DNA of 40,811 nucleotides from a virus. The position numbers and the translations under genes were made by a program. How positions within the stretch are numbered: the first letter of the stretch is position 1; each line of letters starts with the position of its first letter. Below the pieces are notes generated by a model that saw nothing but the letters and a program-made list of their open reading frames with translations, had not been told where the DNA came from and searched no databases. Below, in pieces: positions 9,607-17,435 of the stretch. The DNA is taken from positions 1 through 40,811 of the IMG/VR virus record IMGVR_UViG_3300002138_000067; one strand, given 5' to 3'.

Positions 9607-10263
9607 ATGGCTATTGCATTTGACGCGTTCACCGCAGGAGCACTGGTAAACCCAGGCTCGTCTGTAACAATCTCACATACCTGTACAGGCTCTAACAGAA
9701 TACTTTTCGTAGGGGCAATCGTGCGCACCAACTCAATTAGTGGTGTTACCTACAACAGTGTTGCTATGACGCAGATAGGTTCTCCTGTAACGAATGTAAA
9801 CGACAAAATATCACTATGGTATTTGATAGCACCTGCAACTGGTTCAAACAATGTGGTCATTACTCAAACAGGAAGTAGTGTAATAAACGGCTGTGCTATT
9901 TCCTATACGGGAGCAAAACAGTCTGGGCAGCCTGACGCATACACAGACACTGCACAAGCAAGTGCTGCAAACCAAGACGGCACAGTAACAACAGTTGCTG
10001 ACAACTCGTGGGCAGTAATGTATGCCTATGACGCAACTACAGGTAGTTCAAGTGCTGGGACTGGAACCACCTTGCGTGGCACCTCAACTGGCGGTGCGAA
10101 CACTCAGTTTTATGACGGCAACGGTCCAAAAACTCCTGCTGGAAGCTACACACTCAACTTTGTAGCGAGTGGTTCACCAACAGCAGAGGCACTTGCTAAC
10201 AAAATAGCTTCATTTGCACCAGTATCAACAGCAACCAACAGCAACTTCTTAGCATTCATGTAA
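9607..10263 (+). CDS. Tail-fibre-associated structural protein, function unknown
   Basis: 218 aa, S/T/G-rich and beta-like. Strong RBS aggagg upstream. Starts 1 nt after the fibre gene stop. Confidence 0.45.
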   Translation: MAIAFDAFTAGALVNPGSSVTISHTCTGSNRILFVGAIVRTNSISGVTYNSVAMTQIGSPVTNVNDKISLWYLIAPATGSNNVVITQTGSSVINGCAISYTGAKQSGQPDAYTDTAQASAANQDGTVTTVADNSWAVMYAYDATTGSSSAGTGTTLRGTSTGGANTQFYDGNGPKTPAGSYTLNFVASGSPTAEALANKIASFAPVSTATNSNFLAFM

Positions 10264-10275
10264 TAAAATATACTT

Positions 10276-10530
10276 ATGGAAACATACGAAAAACTAGACG
10301 ATAGCACTATCAAGGTCTCTAAGTCAGAGACCAAAGAGATTGAACACACCTACGACTACTCTTTTCTAAAGGAGCAGTTGGTGCGTATTCAGGAGCAGAA
10401 GGCACGTGAGATTGAGCAGCGTGATGCTGAGATTGCAGAGGTGGAGGCTCTTATTGCCGAGGCAGACAAGCTAGGTATCTCTGAGTCTGTGGACAACACA
10501 CCACAAGAAGAGACCAAGGACAAGGTATAA
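10276..10530 (+). CDS. Small acidic coiled-coil protein
   Basis: 84 aa, E/K-rich heptad-like sequence (QLVRIQEQKAREIEQRDAEIAEVEALIAEA). Confidence 0.5.
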   Translation: METYEKLDDSTIKVSKSETKEIEHTYDYSFLKEQLVRIQEQKAREIEQRDAEIAEVEALIAEADKLGISESVDNTPQEETKDKV

Positions 10531-10538
10531 TAAAACCT

Positions 10539-10685
10539 ATGACACAAGAACAAATAAGAAACGCAATAGCACTCCTACGCAGAGTACAGGTAACAGGAAA
10601 TGAAGCCTTTGTATTAGTGGATATTATCAGCACCCTTGAGAAGACTCTTACACCTGTAGCCCCCGAGGTTGAGGAAGAGGGATAG
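10539..10685 (+). CDS. Small hypothetical protein (48 aa)
   Basis: Not in the ORF track (<60 aa): MTQEQIRNAIALLRRVQVTGNEAFVLVDIISTLEKTLTPVAPEVEEEG. It fills the gap between neighbouring genes on the same strand. Confidence 0.4.
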   Translation: MTQEQIRNAIALLRRVQVTGNEAFVLVDIISTLEKTLTPVAPEVEEEG

Positions 10686-10692
10686 TTAGCCT

Positions 10693-10869
10693 ATGTCCAT
10701 TGACCCAAACCTAGAGCTTCATATTCACCGCACTATTGAGGAGCGAGAGAAAGGCTATAGTGATGTCTTTGCTAAGAAGTGGGTGGAGAAGACTCTTACT
10801 TGGGCACTCTATGGTGTTGGGGGAATAGCACTTGTTGCGTTGGTCAAGGCTGTAGCACCCTTCCTATGA
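10693..10869 (+). CDS. Small membrane protein with a C-terminal TM (holin/spanin-like candidate)
   Basis: 58 aa, not in the track: MSIDPNLELHIHRTIEEREKGYSDVFAKKWVEKTLTWALYGVGGIALVALVKAVAPFL. ATGA overlap with the next gene. Confidence 0.45.
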   Translation: MSIDPNLELHIHRTIEEREKGYSDVFAKKWVEKTLTWALYGVGGIALVALVKAVAPFL

Positions 10870-11336
10870 AAAGACTTGCCTTCACCCTTAACCTCATAAT
10901 CATTTTCACCGCCATTCCGTTTCTTGGCTGGTTCTATTACGTTGACGGTGTCTACTTCAACCAGCCTGTTGTGTATCGGAATGGCTACGTTAATGAGCCA
11001 CTTGAACTCACCAAGAAAGACTGGAAGCGTGGGGAGACAGTTACGTACTACTCTTCATTCTGTAAGAACAGGGACGCTAGGGCATCAATCATATGGGCAT
11101 TATCTAATGACACCATGACGCTGTTTCCTGAGCGTGCAGGACTTGCTCTAGGAAAGGGTTGCTACCCACAAGACCCGAATGGGCGCGTTATTCTAACCAT
11201 TGAGACAATCCCCCCAACGGCTGTTAATGGCTGTACTCACTACTTCACAGGGTATATAGAGCGAGATATTGGCGGAGGTCGCATATTAAAAGATAAGGTC
11301 AAGACTGAGAAGTTTTGCGTAATAGACAATGACTAA
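10866..11336 (+). CDS. N-terminally membrane-anchored protein in the lysis cassette, function unknown
   Basis: ATG at 10866 chosen over the track's GTG at 10779. N-terminal TM segment MKRLAFTLNLIIIFTAIPFLGWFYY, followed by a Cys-containing soluble domain. Confidence 0.5.
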   Translation: MKRLAFTLNLIIIFTAIPFLGWFYYVDGVYFNQPVVYRNGYVNEPLELTKKDWKRGETVTYYSSFCKNRDARASIIWALSNDTMTLFPERAGLALGKGCYPQDPNGRVILTIETIPPTAVNGCTHYFTGYIERDIGGGRILKDKVKTEKFCVIDND

Positions 11337-11357
11337 AGGCTCACGCTACACATAGCC

Positions 11358-12047
11358 ATGAACTCAAAACTAGAACTATTTAGACCGTTTAAGACAACTG
11401 CTATCACGCAGGGGTTTGCTAAGAAGGCAAACCTATCCTACGAGCGTGACGGACTCCTGGGCCACACCTCAGTAGATTACGGTGCACCCTACGGCACCCC
11501 TGTACCTTGCTGCGCTGACGAGTCCTACTGCTTCTCGACAATGAACAAGGACAACCCTGACCCTATGCGGTATCGGGGTGTGTATACCATTGTAGAGACT
11601 GAGACTGGTGTCTACGAGGTATCCTATGGCCATTTCTCAGACATAACAGCAGAGGTGGGTAAGACGTACAAAGCAGGAGATATAATCGGGAGAATAGGGA
11701 ACACAGGTACCGTGTTTGCTTGGAACCATGAGGTGACCAGAGCAGAGAAAGAGGCTGGCTCACAGGCAGGTGCCCACTTACACGGGCCACAGGTACGACC
11801 CGTTAAGAAAGTAAGGAGCAGGAACAGGAACCAGGTCTACCTCTATGACCAGAACGGATACCTCAAGATAGACGGCTATTACTTTGAGGTGCTGGACTAC
11901 AACAATGGACTGAACGGCTGTGTAGACCCTGAGCTATTCACTACGAATATACTTGCTATTAACGCACAGTCTGTCCTAAAAAACCTATCAACACAGGTTT
12001 CCCTGCTCTCTCGTGTGGTAGAATTGCTCATGAAGCTAAGGAAATAA
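11358..12047 (+). CDS. M23-family metallopeptidase (endolysin candidate)
   Basis: HxxxD motif (GHTSVDY), GRIGNTGT, and HxH motif (GAHLHGPQ). It sits between small membrane proteins. Confidence 0.85.
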   Translation: MNSKLELFRPFKTTAITQGFAKKANLSYERDGLLGHTSVDYGAPYGTPVPCCADESYCFSTMNKDNPDPMRYRGVYTIVETETGVYEVSYGHFSDITAEVGKTYKAGDIIGRIGNTGTVFAWNHEVTRAEKEAGSQAGAHLHGPQVRPVKKVRSRNRNQVYLYDQNGYLKIDGYYFEVLDYNNGLNGCVDPELFTTNILAINAQSVLKNLSTQVSLLSRVVELLMKLRK

Positions 12048-12049
12048 CT

Positions 12050-12247
12050 ATGAACCAAGTATCCCTCACAGGTATCGGTGTAGTAATAATGGTAGTACAA
12101 ACGGTACTCACTCTACTCAACGTGCAGTTTGCTCCAGGCTCTGTAGAGCTTGCTATCAACGGACTGTTCGCGTTCATCGGATTCCTCGCTATAGTCTTCG
12201 GACAGCTACGAAGAAAGGATTTGTCATTCGGACTCTTCCGCAAATAA
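12050..12247 (+). CDS. Holin-like protein with two TM segments
   Basis: 65 aa with two hydrophobic helices (GIGVVIMVVQTVLTLL, INGLFAFIGFLAIVFG) and a charged C-terminus (RRKD). Directly follows the peptidase gene. Confidence 0.5.
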   Translation: MNQVSLTGIGVVIMVVQTVLTLLNVQFAPGSVELAINGLFAFIGFLAIVFGQLRRKDLSFGLFRK

Positions 12248-12358
12248 AACCCTATTTTACGAACCCTTACCCTCGGCTTGTTGGCGGTAGTAACAGTACC
12301 CTTGCAACTCCAAGCCCCTATAACGCCCCCTGAGGCACAATTAACCTCAAAGGAGGAT

Positions 12359-12628
12359 ATGGTGGCATATGCCACTAAACAGGCTCAGGAGGCAAAAATA
12401 AGACCCACAGAGGTACTTGGGACTATTCAATGCGAATCTAACTGGAACCCACAGGCTCTTGGAGACGGAGGACACAGCCGAGGGCTTTCACAAATACACC
12501 AGCCCTCGCATCCTGATATTGCACCAGAACAGGCATACGACCCACGCTTTGCTATTGACTATATGGTATCTGAAATGAAAGACGGCAGAGCGCGACAATG
12601 GACTTGTTGGAGAAACCTGTATTCATAA
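12359..12628 (+). CDS. Lytic transglycosylase / lysozyme-like protein (SLT-like)
   Basis: Motif GTIQCESNWNPQALGDGGHSRGLSQI (catalytic Glu-Ser, GLxQI). ATG at 12359 is preceded by aaggagga; the track's TTG at 12278 was not used. Confidence 0.7.
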   Translation: MVAYATKQAQEAKIRPTEVLGTIQCESNWNPQALGDGGHSRGLSQIHQPSHPDIAPEQAYDPRFAIDYMVSEMKDGRARQWTCWRNLYS

Positions 12629-12635
12629 CGCACAA

Positions 12636-12651
12636 ATCCCCTGTAGGGGAT
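12636..12651 (+). terminator. Hairpin ATCCCCT-GT-AGGGGAT, 8 nt after the last lysis gene
   Basis: 6-7 bp GC-rich stem directly after the stop at 12626-12628. No clear T tract. The same arms recur at 27828-27856. Confidence 0.4.
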
Positions 12652-12724
12652 AAGTGTTGTACGAACAGCGACACATAAGTATCGTCTGAACTTCTTTAGA
12701 GTATCATGTGAAACACCAGTCAAG

Positions 12725-12776
12725 CCACACTATCCCCACACTACACCACACCTTGACTTTAGCCATATAGTATAAT
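12725..12776 (+). promoter_or_regulatory. Promoter-like region: three phased CCACAC repeats, TTGACT, TATAAT
   Basis: CCACAC at 12725, 12736 and 12746 (10-11 nt phasing). TTGACT at 12753-58 and perfect TATAAT at 12771-76, with only a 12-nt spacer. The GTG start at 12784 lies 7 nt past the -10. Confidence 0.4.
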
Positions 12777-12783
12777 ACGTAGA

Positions 12784-12984
12784 GTGTCAACCAAGAAGCC
12801 CAAGAAGGACGTAGTCCACGCCATTAGGCTTGCGTGGGATTCACTTGACTCTCACTTAGATAATACTATCGCCCCTCAATATAAAAGACCCTGCTGCAAT
12901 CGTGCTGTGGGGTCTCCATCGTTTCACGTGAAATGTGTTCAAGAATACGCTGAAATAATAACTACACTCTCTAAACTACTATGA
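12784..12984 (+). CDS. Hypothetical small protein (66 aa, GTG start)
   Basis: ORF with an ATGA stop/start overlap to the next gene. No RBS and no in-frame ATG, so possibly leaderless. Confidence 0.4.
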   Translation: MSTKKPKKDVVHAIRLAWDSLDSHLDNTIAPQYKRPCCNRAVGSPSFHVKCVQEYAEIITTLSKLL

Positions 12985-13709
12985 AAGGAGGTACACTTGA
13001 TATAGAAACATTCATGGGGCATTACCGCTCCTACGCCAATAACTTATACGAAGCCAAGATTACTGAGGTAGCACCCGTTACCCTCGCCTCATTCTCTTAC
13101 AAGGAGTACGGGAAGAAGAAATACATTACGAAAGGTGTGTGGGAGTACGATACCTACGAGGAGTTTGTGAAAGCTCTATGGCAAATCTTTGACGACAATG
13201 ACTTCCTTATAGGGCAGAACATTAAGAAGTTTGATAACCGCCAGACCCTAGCTTTCTTTGCACGAATGGGACTCCCCGCTCCCCGACCAATCAAGTTCTA
13301 CGACACCATGACTATTGCGCGAAAGAACTTCAACCTTTCTAGCTACTCATTGAAGTATATGGTGGTGTACTTCGGTATAGGCCACAAGATAGAGACAGGG
13401 GGAGATGGGCTGTGGCACAAGACAGAGGAGGGCGACCCAGTGGCAAGGCGTAAGTTCCTAGAATATAACAAGAACGATACGGTAGTTACTGAGAAGCTGT
13501 TTGATTACTTCCTACAGTATGGCTACACAGAACACCCAACAGCCAAGTTCTACGTACACGGTAATGGCTGTCTACGGTGTAAAGGAACCAGTATGCAATC
13601 TCGTGGGGAGCTTGCGAGGGCAGATGGATATGTAAACTCCTACAGTTGTAATACTTGTGGAAAGCGCAACTGTACAGAAGTGGTGAGGGGGTATACTGAA
13701 GAAGGTTAG
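12981..13709 (+). CDS. RNase H-fold 3'-5' exonuclease (PolB-exonuclease-like) with a C-terminal zinc ribbon
   Basis: Exo motifs LDIET, GQNIKKFD and YNKNDTVVT. C-terminal CLRCKG...CNTCGKRNC. Confidence 0.65.
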   Translation: MKGGTLDIETFMGHYRSYANNLYEAKITEVAPVTLASFSYKEYGKKKYITKGVWEYDTYEEFVKALWQIFDDNDFLIGQNIKKFDNRQTLAFFARMGLPAPRPIKFYDTMTIARKNFNLSSYSLKYMVVYFGIGHKIETGGDGLWHKTEEGDPVARRKFLEYNKNDTVVTEKLFDYFLQYGYTEHPTAKFYVHGNGCLRCKGTSMQSRGELARADGYVNSYSCNTCGKRNCTEVVRGYTEEG

Positions 13710-13730
13710 AACCTTTTTAGGAGAATAGAA

Positions 13731-13898
13731 GTGTGCAAATGTTCACAGTGCGAGAAACCTACCGATGGTGAACTGAACGTCTTCGGGCGTCCTGTTTGCT
13801 CAATGTCCTGCTACAGCGCGGAACTCCAAGAGGTTCGCGCAGAACAGTGGGAACTTCCACTCACGTTTGAGGAGCCTGACTATGTTATGCCCCCGTGA
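13731..13898 (+). CDS. Small zinc-finger protein (55 aa, GTG start)
   Basis: Not in the track: VCKCSQCEKPTDGELNVFGRPVCSMSCYSAELQEVRAEQWELPLTFEEPDYVMPP. CxxC...CSxxC pattern. RBS aggag lies upstream. Confidence 0.45.
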   Translation: MCKCSQCEKPTDGELNVFGRPVCSMSCYSAELQEVRAEQWELPLTFEEPDYVMPP

Positions 13899-14058
13899 TA
13901 AACAGCAAATGGTCTTCGGCAAGAACGTGGAAAGAGAAGTCATTGGAGAGTTTATCTCTACCTGTGTCGTCTCTATCCAGGAGTGTCCGAAGTGTGGGGT
14001 CATGGTGAAAACTATCGTCCCCGTCATCTATCGCATGAAAGGATTGCCATCACCATGA
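13882..14058 (+). CDS. Small zinc-ribbon protein (58 aa)
   Basis: ATG at 13882 within track ORF 13867..14058. CPRD...CPKCG pattern. ATGA overlap with the next gene. Confidence 0.45.
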   Translation: MLCPRDKQQMVFGKNVEREVIGEFISTCVVSIQECPKCGVMVKTIVPVIYRMKGLPSP

Positions 14059-14327
14059 TGCCCCGATACCAGAGACGTGCGATGGGTCTTCACAGACATC
14101 ATAGAAAATGCAGAAGCAACGGCGGAAGCAATAAAGAGACGAACATAAGTCTCGTGTGCAGAGATAAGCACGAAGCCTTCCACCGCCTTCACCGCAACAA
14201 CGAAGCCCCCGCCATCGCAGCCGAGCTGAACCGTGTCTGGTTAGACCCAGCACATAAACTCGTCTGCGTAGACACCGAAGACTACGAGCGCGTCCTACGC
14301 TTCATACAACAACTGAAAGCGAGGTGA
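14055..14327 (+). CDS. HNH endonuclease
   Basis: LHRHHRKCRSNGGSNKETNISLVCRDKHEAFHRLH, i.e. the H-N-H pattern. ATG at 14055 within track ORF 13983..14327. Confidence 0.75.
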   Translation: MMPRYQRRAMGLHRHHRKCRSNGGSNKETNISLVCRDKHEAFHRLHRNNEAPAIAAELNRVWLDPAHKLVCVDTEDYERVLRFIQQLKAR

Positions 14328-14371
14328 GTCCATCTAAAAAGGAGGCACCAAGACCCCGAATACCCAAACTA

Positions 14372-14395
14372 ACCCCGTCTTTTATAAGGCGGGGT
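14372..14395. terminator. Hairpin between convergent transcription units
   Basis: 8-bp stem ACCCCGTC / GGCGGGGT with an 8-nt loop, between the + HNH gene (ends 14327) and the - gene (ends 14402). Weak T tracts. Confidence 0.4.
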
Positions 14396-14401
14396 GATTG
14401 T

Positions 14402-14680
14402 CTAAAATTCCCCGTTATTAGTTCTACAGTCGCGTACTCTTTTATTATATTCTACGGCCTCTTGGTCAGTGGTGGTTCCAACAAGCACTTGACTGCCATC
14501 AAGTGTAGTTGTTGCAAAAAGTAAAATTGTGCTTCCGCTTTTCCATTCAATAGGTTTATTTTTGTGCTCGCGTACATACTGTTCTATTGGAATATACACA
14601 GATTCAGTTTCCTCTTGTAAGGGAGGGCATTTGGGGTGGTGTGTTCCGAAGAGTAAGAAAAGAAGTAATAGTGCAGCCAT
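14402..14680 (-). CDS. Small secreted or membrane protein (signal-peptide-like N-terminus)
   Basis: Internal ATG gives MAALLLLFLLFGTHHPKC... Last gene of the minus-strand block. Confidence 0.45.
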   Translation of the reverse strand: MAALLLLFLLFGTHHPKCPPLQEETESVYIPIEQYVREHKNKPIEWKSGSTILLFATTTLDGSQVLVGTTTDQEAVEYNKRVRDCRTNNGEF

Positions 14681-14688
14681 AAGAGTAG

Positions 14689-14817
14689 TTAAGGGGTTTC
14701 TATTAGGGGTTCGTATTCGGCAAAAATATCCCACAGGAAGTCTATCTGGTCGTCAGTGAATCCATTAGAGAGTCCCGCGCGAATAAAAGTGTCGTAGCTT
14801 ATTGGTATTCTTTCCAT
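14689..14817 (-). CDS. Small hypothetical protein (42 aa)
   Basis: Not in the track: MERIPISYDTFIRAGLSNGFTDDQIDFLWDIFAEYEPLIETP. Fills the gap in the operon. Confidence 0.35.
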   Translation of the reverse strand: MERIPISYDTFIRAGLSNGFTDDQIDFLWDIFAEYEPLIETP

Positions 14818-14825
14818 ACAATCAT

Positions 14826-15053
14826 TTATCCCTCTTGGGAGTGTTTAAGTTTATTCACCCAGTACTTTAGACTGCGTTTTGCGTCCCCGCGTTTGTACCA
14901 AGGGAGCGTACAGAACTTACGGGCAAAGTGTACAATCTCGGCTTCTATTTCTTTCCGCGTTTCTTTATAGCCTGTGGTGCTCGTAGATGTTGTCATAAAT
15001 ACTGGCGGGTGCTCTTTTGGAGGGTATGGTAGCCCGTTCTCTTGAAGTCTCAT
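14826..15053 (-). CDS. Hypothetical protein
   Basis: Start at MRLQENG (15053) avoids overlap with the upstream stop at 15055. No motif recognised. Confidence 0.45.
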   Translation of the reverse strand: MRLQENGLPYPPKEHPPVFMTTSTSTTGYKETRKEIEAEIVHFARKFCTLPWYKRGDAKRSLKYWVNKLKHSQEG

Positions 15054-15054
15054 A

Positions 15055-15435
15055 TCATTTAGACTCTTGTTCTGGTAGGAGGGTGAGGACTTCATTCAAT
15101 GCAGCATAGAAGCCATTTCGCTGTTCAAGAGTTCCTTTTGGGTCAGAATCAAGTAGTTTCTGAACATTTATCCGCAACTCAGAAGCAAACTCTTTCTTGG
15201 CGAGTGTGTGTTCTTTGGCGAGAAGTGTGCGAATGAAGTCTTTTACAGTTCGTTTAGCGAGTGAATGACCCCAAATGTCCAGACCTTTGAAATGGTCTTC
15301 AAACTCTTCCTCCCAATCAGAGGTAGTAGCTTCAGCATCAACAATTACCGCACGTTCTATCTCTCCAATCTTTCCTTGTTTTCGCAAACAGAAACGTGTA
15401 GTAGTTTCTTCTTCTTTCTCTTGAGAATGGGTCAT
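15055..15435 (-). CDS. Hypothetical protein, member of the EEEF...KDFIR paralogue set
   Basis: Contains WEEEFEDHF...VKDFIRTLL. Compare 17436..17786 and 16294..16590. Confidence 0.5.
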   Translation of the reverse strand: MTHSQEKEEETTTRFCLRKQGKIGEIERAVIVDAEATTSDWEEEFEDHFKGLDIWGHSLAKRTVKDFIRTLLAKEHTLAKKEFASELRINVQKLLDSDPKGTLEQRNGFYAALNEVLTLLPEQESK

Positions 15436-15437
15436 AG

Positions 15438-15725
15438 CTATAGTATTTTAAGGAACTCTTCAATCGTCTTGCCTTCTGCGAGTGCGTCTATCATGCGGTG
15501 CATTTTTTCGTGCCAACCAGGGAGGTTCCAATGATTGTGCATATCCATTCGCCCGCCCTCCACCCCTTCATTCCACCCCTCAACCTTCCCCACAGCTTGC
15601 CAAGCGAGTGGGTCAATTATCCAAAGACCTCCACAACAAGGACAGGTGGCCTCCGAGGAGTCAGAGTTTTCAATTCCTTCATACCCTCCCGCAATTGCCT
15701 TCTTAATAAAATCAGAAATGGTCAT
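15438..15725 (-). CDS. Hypothetical protein (95 aa)
   Basis: Tightly packed ORF with a CPCC motif and W-rich sequence. No function recognised. Confidence 0.5.
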   Translation of the reverse strand: MTISDFIKKAIAGGYEGIENSDSSEATCPCCGGLWIIDPLAWQAVGKVEGWNEGVEGGRMDMHNHWNLPGWHEKMHRMIDALAEGKTIEEFLKIL

Positions 15726-15727
15726 AG

Positions 15728-16297
15728 CTATAGTGTTTTGTTTATAGTCTCTTTTTCAATGACAGAATAGAGGTCTCTGCCTTTTTTAACTACATGCCAG
15801 TAAAGTGTGCCACACGGTATCTTAGTGCGCCGAGAAATCTCGTAGAGTGTCAGTTGTTCGCCACCATACTCAAAGAATACGTTTCGTCTTGTATTTGTTG
15901 CCTGCTCAGTGCGTGTGGCCCAACGACAATTTTCTTTACAGTAGTTTCCGCTACTGTCTATACGGTCTAGTGTGAGTCCAGCTTGGAAAGACGGGCCCAT
16001 ATCTTCCCAAAACGCATCAAAACTATTCCACCTTGGGTCATAGGTGATACCGCGACCACCATAGTAACTATAGTTTATAGCTTTTGGTTTGTTGCATCTC
16101 TGTCGTAGGCCGTACCAAACCGCGTATCCAGGCTTTGCGGGCTTGTAGGGCTTTGCGGGGTTTTGTTTCCGCCATGCACTAACGTAGTCCTGGTGACATT
16201 TTTTACACGAAGAATACAAACCATCCTTAGACCTCTTATCCTTAAAGAACTCGGAGTGGTTCCTTACCGAACCACATTTTCGACATTCCTTTTTCAT
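15728..16297 (-). CDS. Degenerate HNH-like / DNA-binding protein with an N-terminal zinc ribbon and C-terminal HTH
   Basis: CRKCG...CKKCH; YYGGRGITYDPRW; LDRIDSSGNYCKENCRWATRTEQATN (HNH-like, with His replaced by Arg); C-terminal TLYEISRRTKIPCGTLYWHV. Confidence 0.45.
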   Translation of the reverse strand: MKKECRKCGSVRNHSEFFKDKRSKDGLYSSCKKCHQDYVSAWRKQNPAKPYKPAKPGYAVWYGLRQRCNKPKAINYSYYGGRGITYDPRWNSFDAFWEDMGPSFQAGLTLDRIDSSGNYCKENCRWATRTEQATNTRRNVFFEYGGEQLTLYEISRRTKIPCGTLYWHVVKKGRDLYSVIEKETINKTL

Positions 16298-16590
16298 ACC
16301 TCTGCTTCACCAATAGCACTGTCTAGGGCTGTCTCTATGTGCTCAATTACGGTGTTTGCAATGTCTGTTGGCATATGACACTCGGGGCAAGCGATACCTT
16401 GTCGCATTGGCAATGTGCTCTTAGCCCTCTCAAGCCCCAAAAGATACGCCTTACGGATAAGGGAGTCTTGGAAAGCAAGCATAGTAGGGTAAGCTGTTTG
16501 CCCGATATTATCGTTCTTCACGATGAACCGCGAGAACTTAGTGGCAAACTCTTCCCTACTCTCTACCAGTAACTTTGTGAGGGGTGTCAT
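16294..16590 (-). CDS. Hypothetical protein (weak member of the paralogue set)
   Basis: REEFATKF...QDSLIRKAYLL. ATGA-type overlaps at both ends. Confidence 0.45.
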   Translation of the reverse strand: MTPLTKLLVESREEFATKFSRFIVKNDNIGQTAYPTMLAFQDSLIRKAYLLGLERAKSTLPMRQGIACPECHMPTDIANTVIEHIETALDSAIGEAEV

Positions 16591-16970
16591 ACGGTAAGTA
16601 GTTCAGGGTTCTCGTAGATGTTGCCGATGATTTCGAGCGTGGAGAATGTCTCTTCACTGGCATATCCTCGCGCGAAAAAGTCCTTTCGGTCTGTCTCGCT
16701 CGGATAGCGGTACTTCCAGTAGGCTGTGAATTTTCCGTCGAGGAACTCCACCTTGCCTATCATCGAGGGGTCTACTCCAATAACTACAATATCCCCCTCA
16801 TATATCTCCTTCCCGTTCTTATCCAAGAGTCCTGTATCTTGTTGCCAATCGTCTAAAGCACTGGGTTTCTCATCCTTTTCGGCATAGGTACACAAGTCAT
16901 TCATTGTCCAGTAGGTGAACGTTTTGTTGTGTATATCCCAAGCACGAAACTTCAATATCTTGTCTCTCAT
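16587..16970 (-). CDS. YopX-family protein
   Basis: KFRAWD...DKNGKEIYEGDIV...LEIIGNIYENPELL. Start taken at MRDKILKF (16970), overlapping the upstream stop. Confidence 0.8.
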   Translation of the reverse strand: MRDKILKFRAWDIHNKTFTYWTMNDLCTYAEKDEKPSALDDWQQDTGLLDKNGKEIYEGDIVVIGVDPSMIGKVEFLDGKFTAYWKYRYPSETDRKDFFARGYASEETFSTLEIIGNIYENPELLTV

Positions 16971-17308
16971 ACAACTCCAAGGACAGAACTGATAAAGGCG
17001 ATGCACTCGGGTGACTGGTCTTCAGCGGAATCTTTGCGGAGGTTCCAAGCGCCAACTTTTCCTTTTGCATATGCAGAACGTAGGTACATGAAGTTGGCAG
17101 TGATGTCTGTAGATAGACCGTACTTTGGTATCGCAAGCAGTACATCAACAAGTCGTATGGGGCGACAAGGGATATTACTCAGCGTGTTCTTACATACAGC
17201 TTCTGGATTTGACTCGGTTGCTTCACAGTCACATTCATATGCAAGTTCAGGCACAGCTTCTATAATTTTAGCCCGTATCTTCTCTAGTAGGTCTGGGGTA
17301 TTAGTCAT
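16967..17308 (-). CDS. Hypothetical protein (113 aa)
   Basis: Compact ORF within the operon. No motif recognised. Confidence 0.5.
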   Translation of the reverse strand: MTNTPDLLEKIRAKIIEAVPELAYECDCEATESNPEAVCKNTLSNIPCRPIRLVDVLLAIPKYGLSTDITANFMYLRSAYAKGKVGAWNLRKDSAEDQSPECIAFISSVLGVV

Positions 17309-17420
17309 TCTTTTTGAAGCTAAAGAATACTATCTTTCCCAATAATATAACCAGTAGCAATGCAGCTATCGAGAGGCAGGAGAACAAGAACCCTGCGAAC
17401 ACAATTAATATCGTTTCCAT
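17301..17420 (-). CDS. Small hydrophobic membrane peptide (39 aa)
   Basis: Not in the track: METILIVFAGFLFSCLSIAALLLVILLGKIVFFSFKKND. Overlaps the next gene's start by 8 nt. Confidence 0.35.
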   Translation of the reverse strand: METILIVFAGFLFSCLSIAALLLVILLGKIVFFSFKKND

Positions 17421-17435
17421 ATATCTTCAATGTGG

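Noticed and set aside
14324-14524. 66-aa + strand ORF after the HNH gene
   Set aside because: It runs through the inter-operon hairpin and overlaps the minus-strand gene 14402..14680. It has no RBS.
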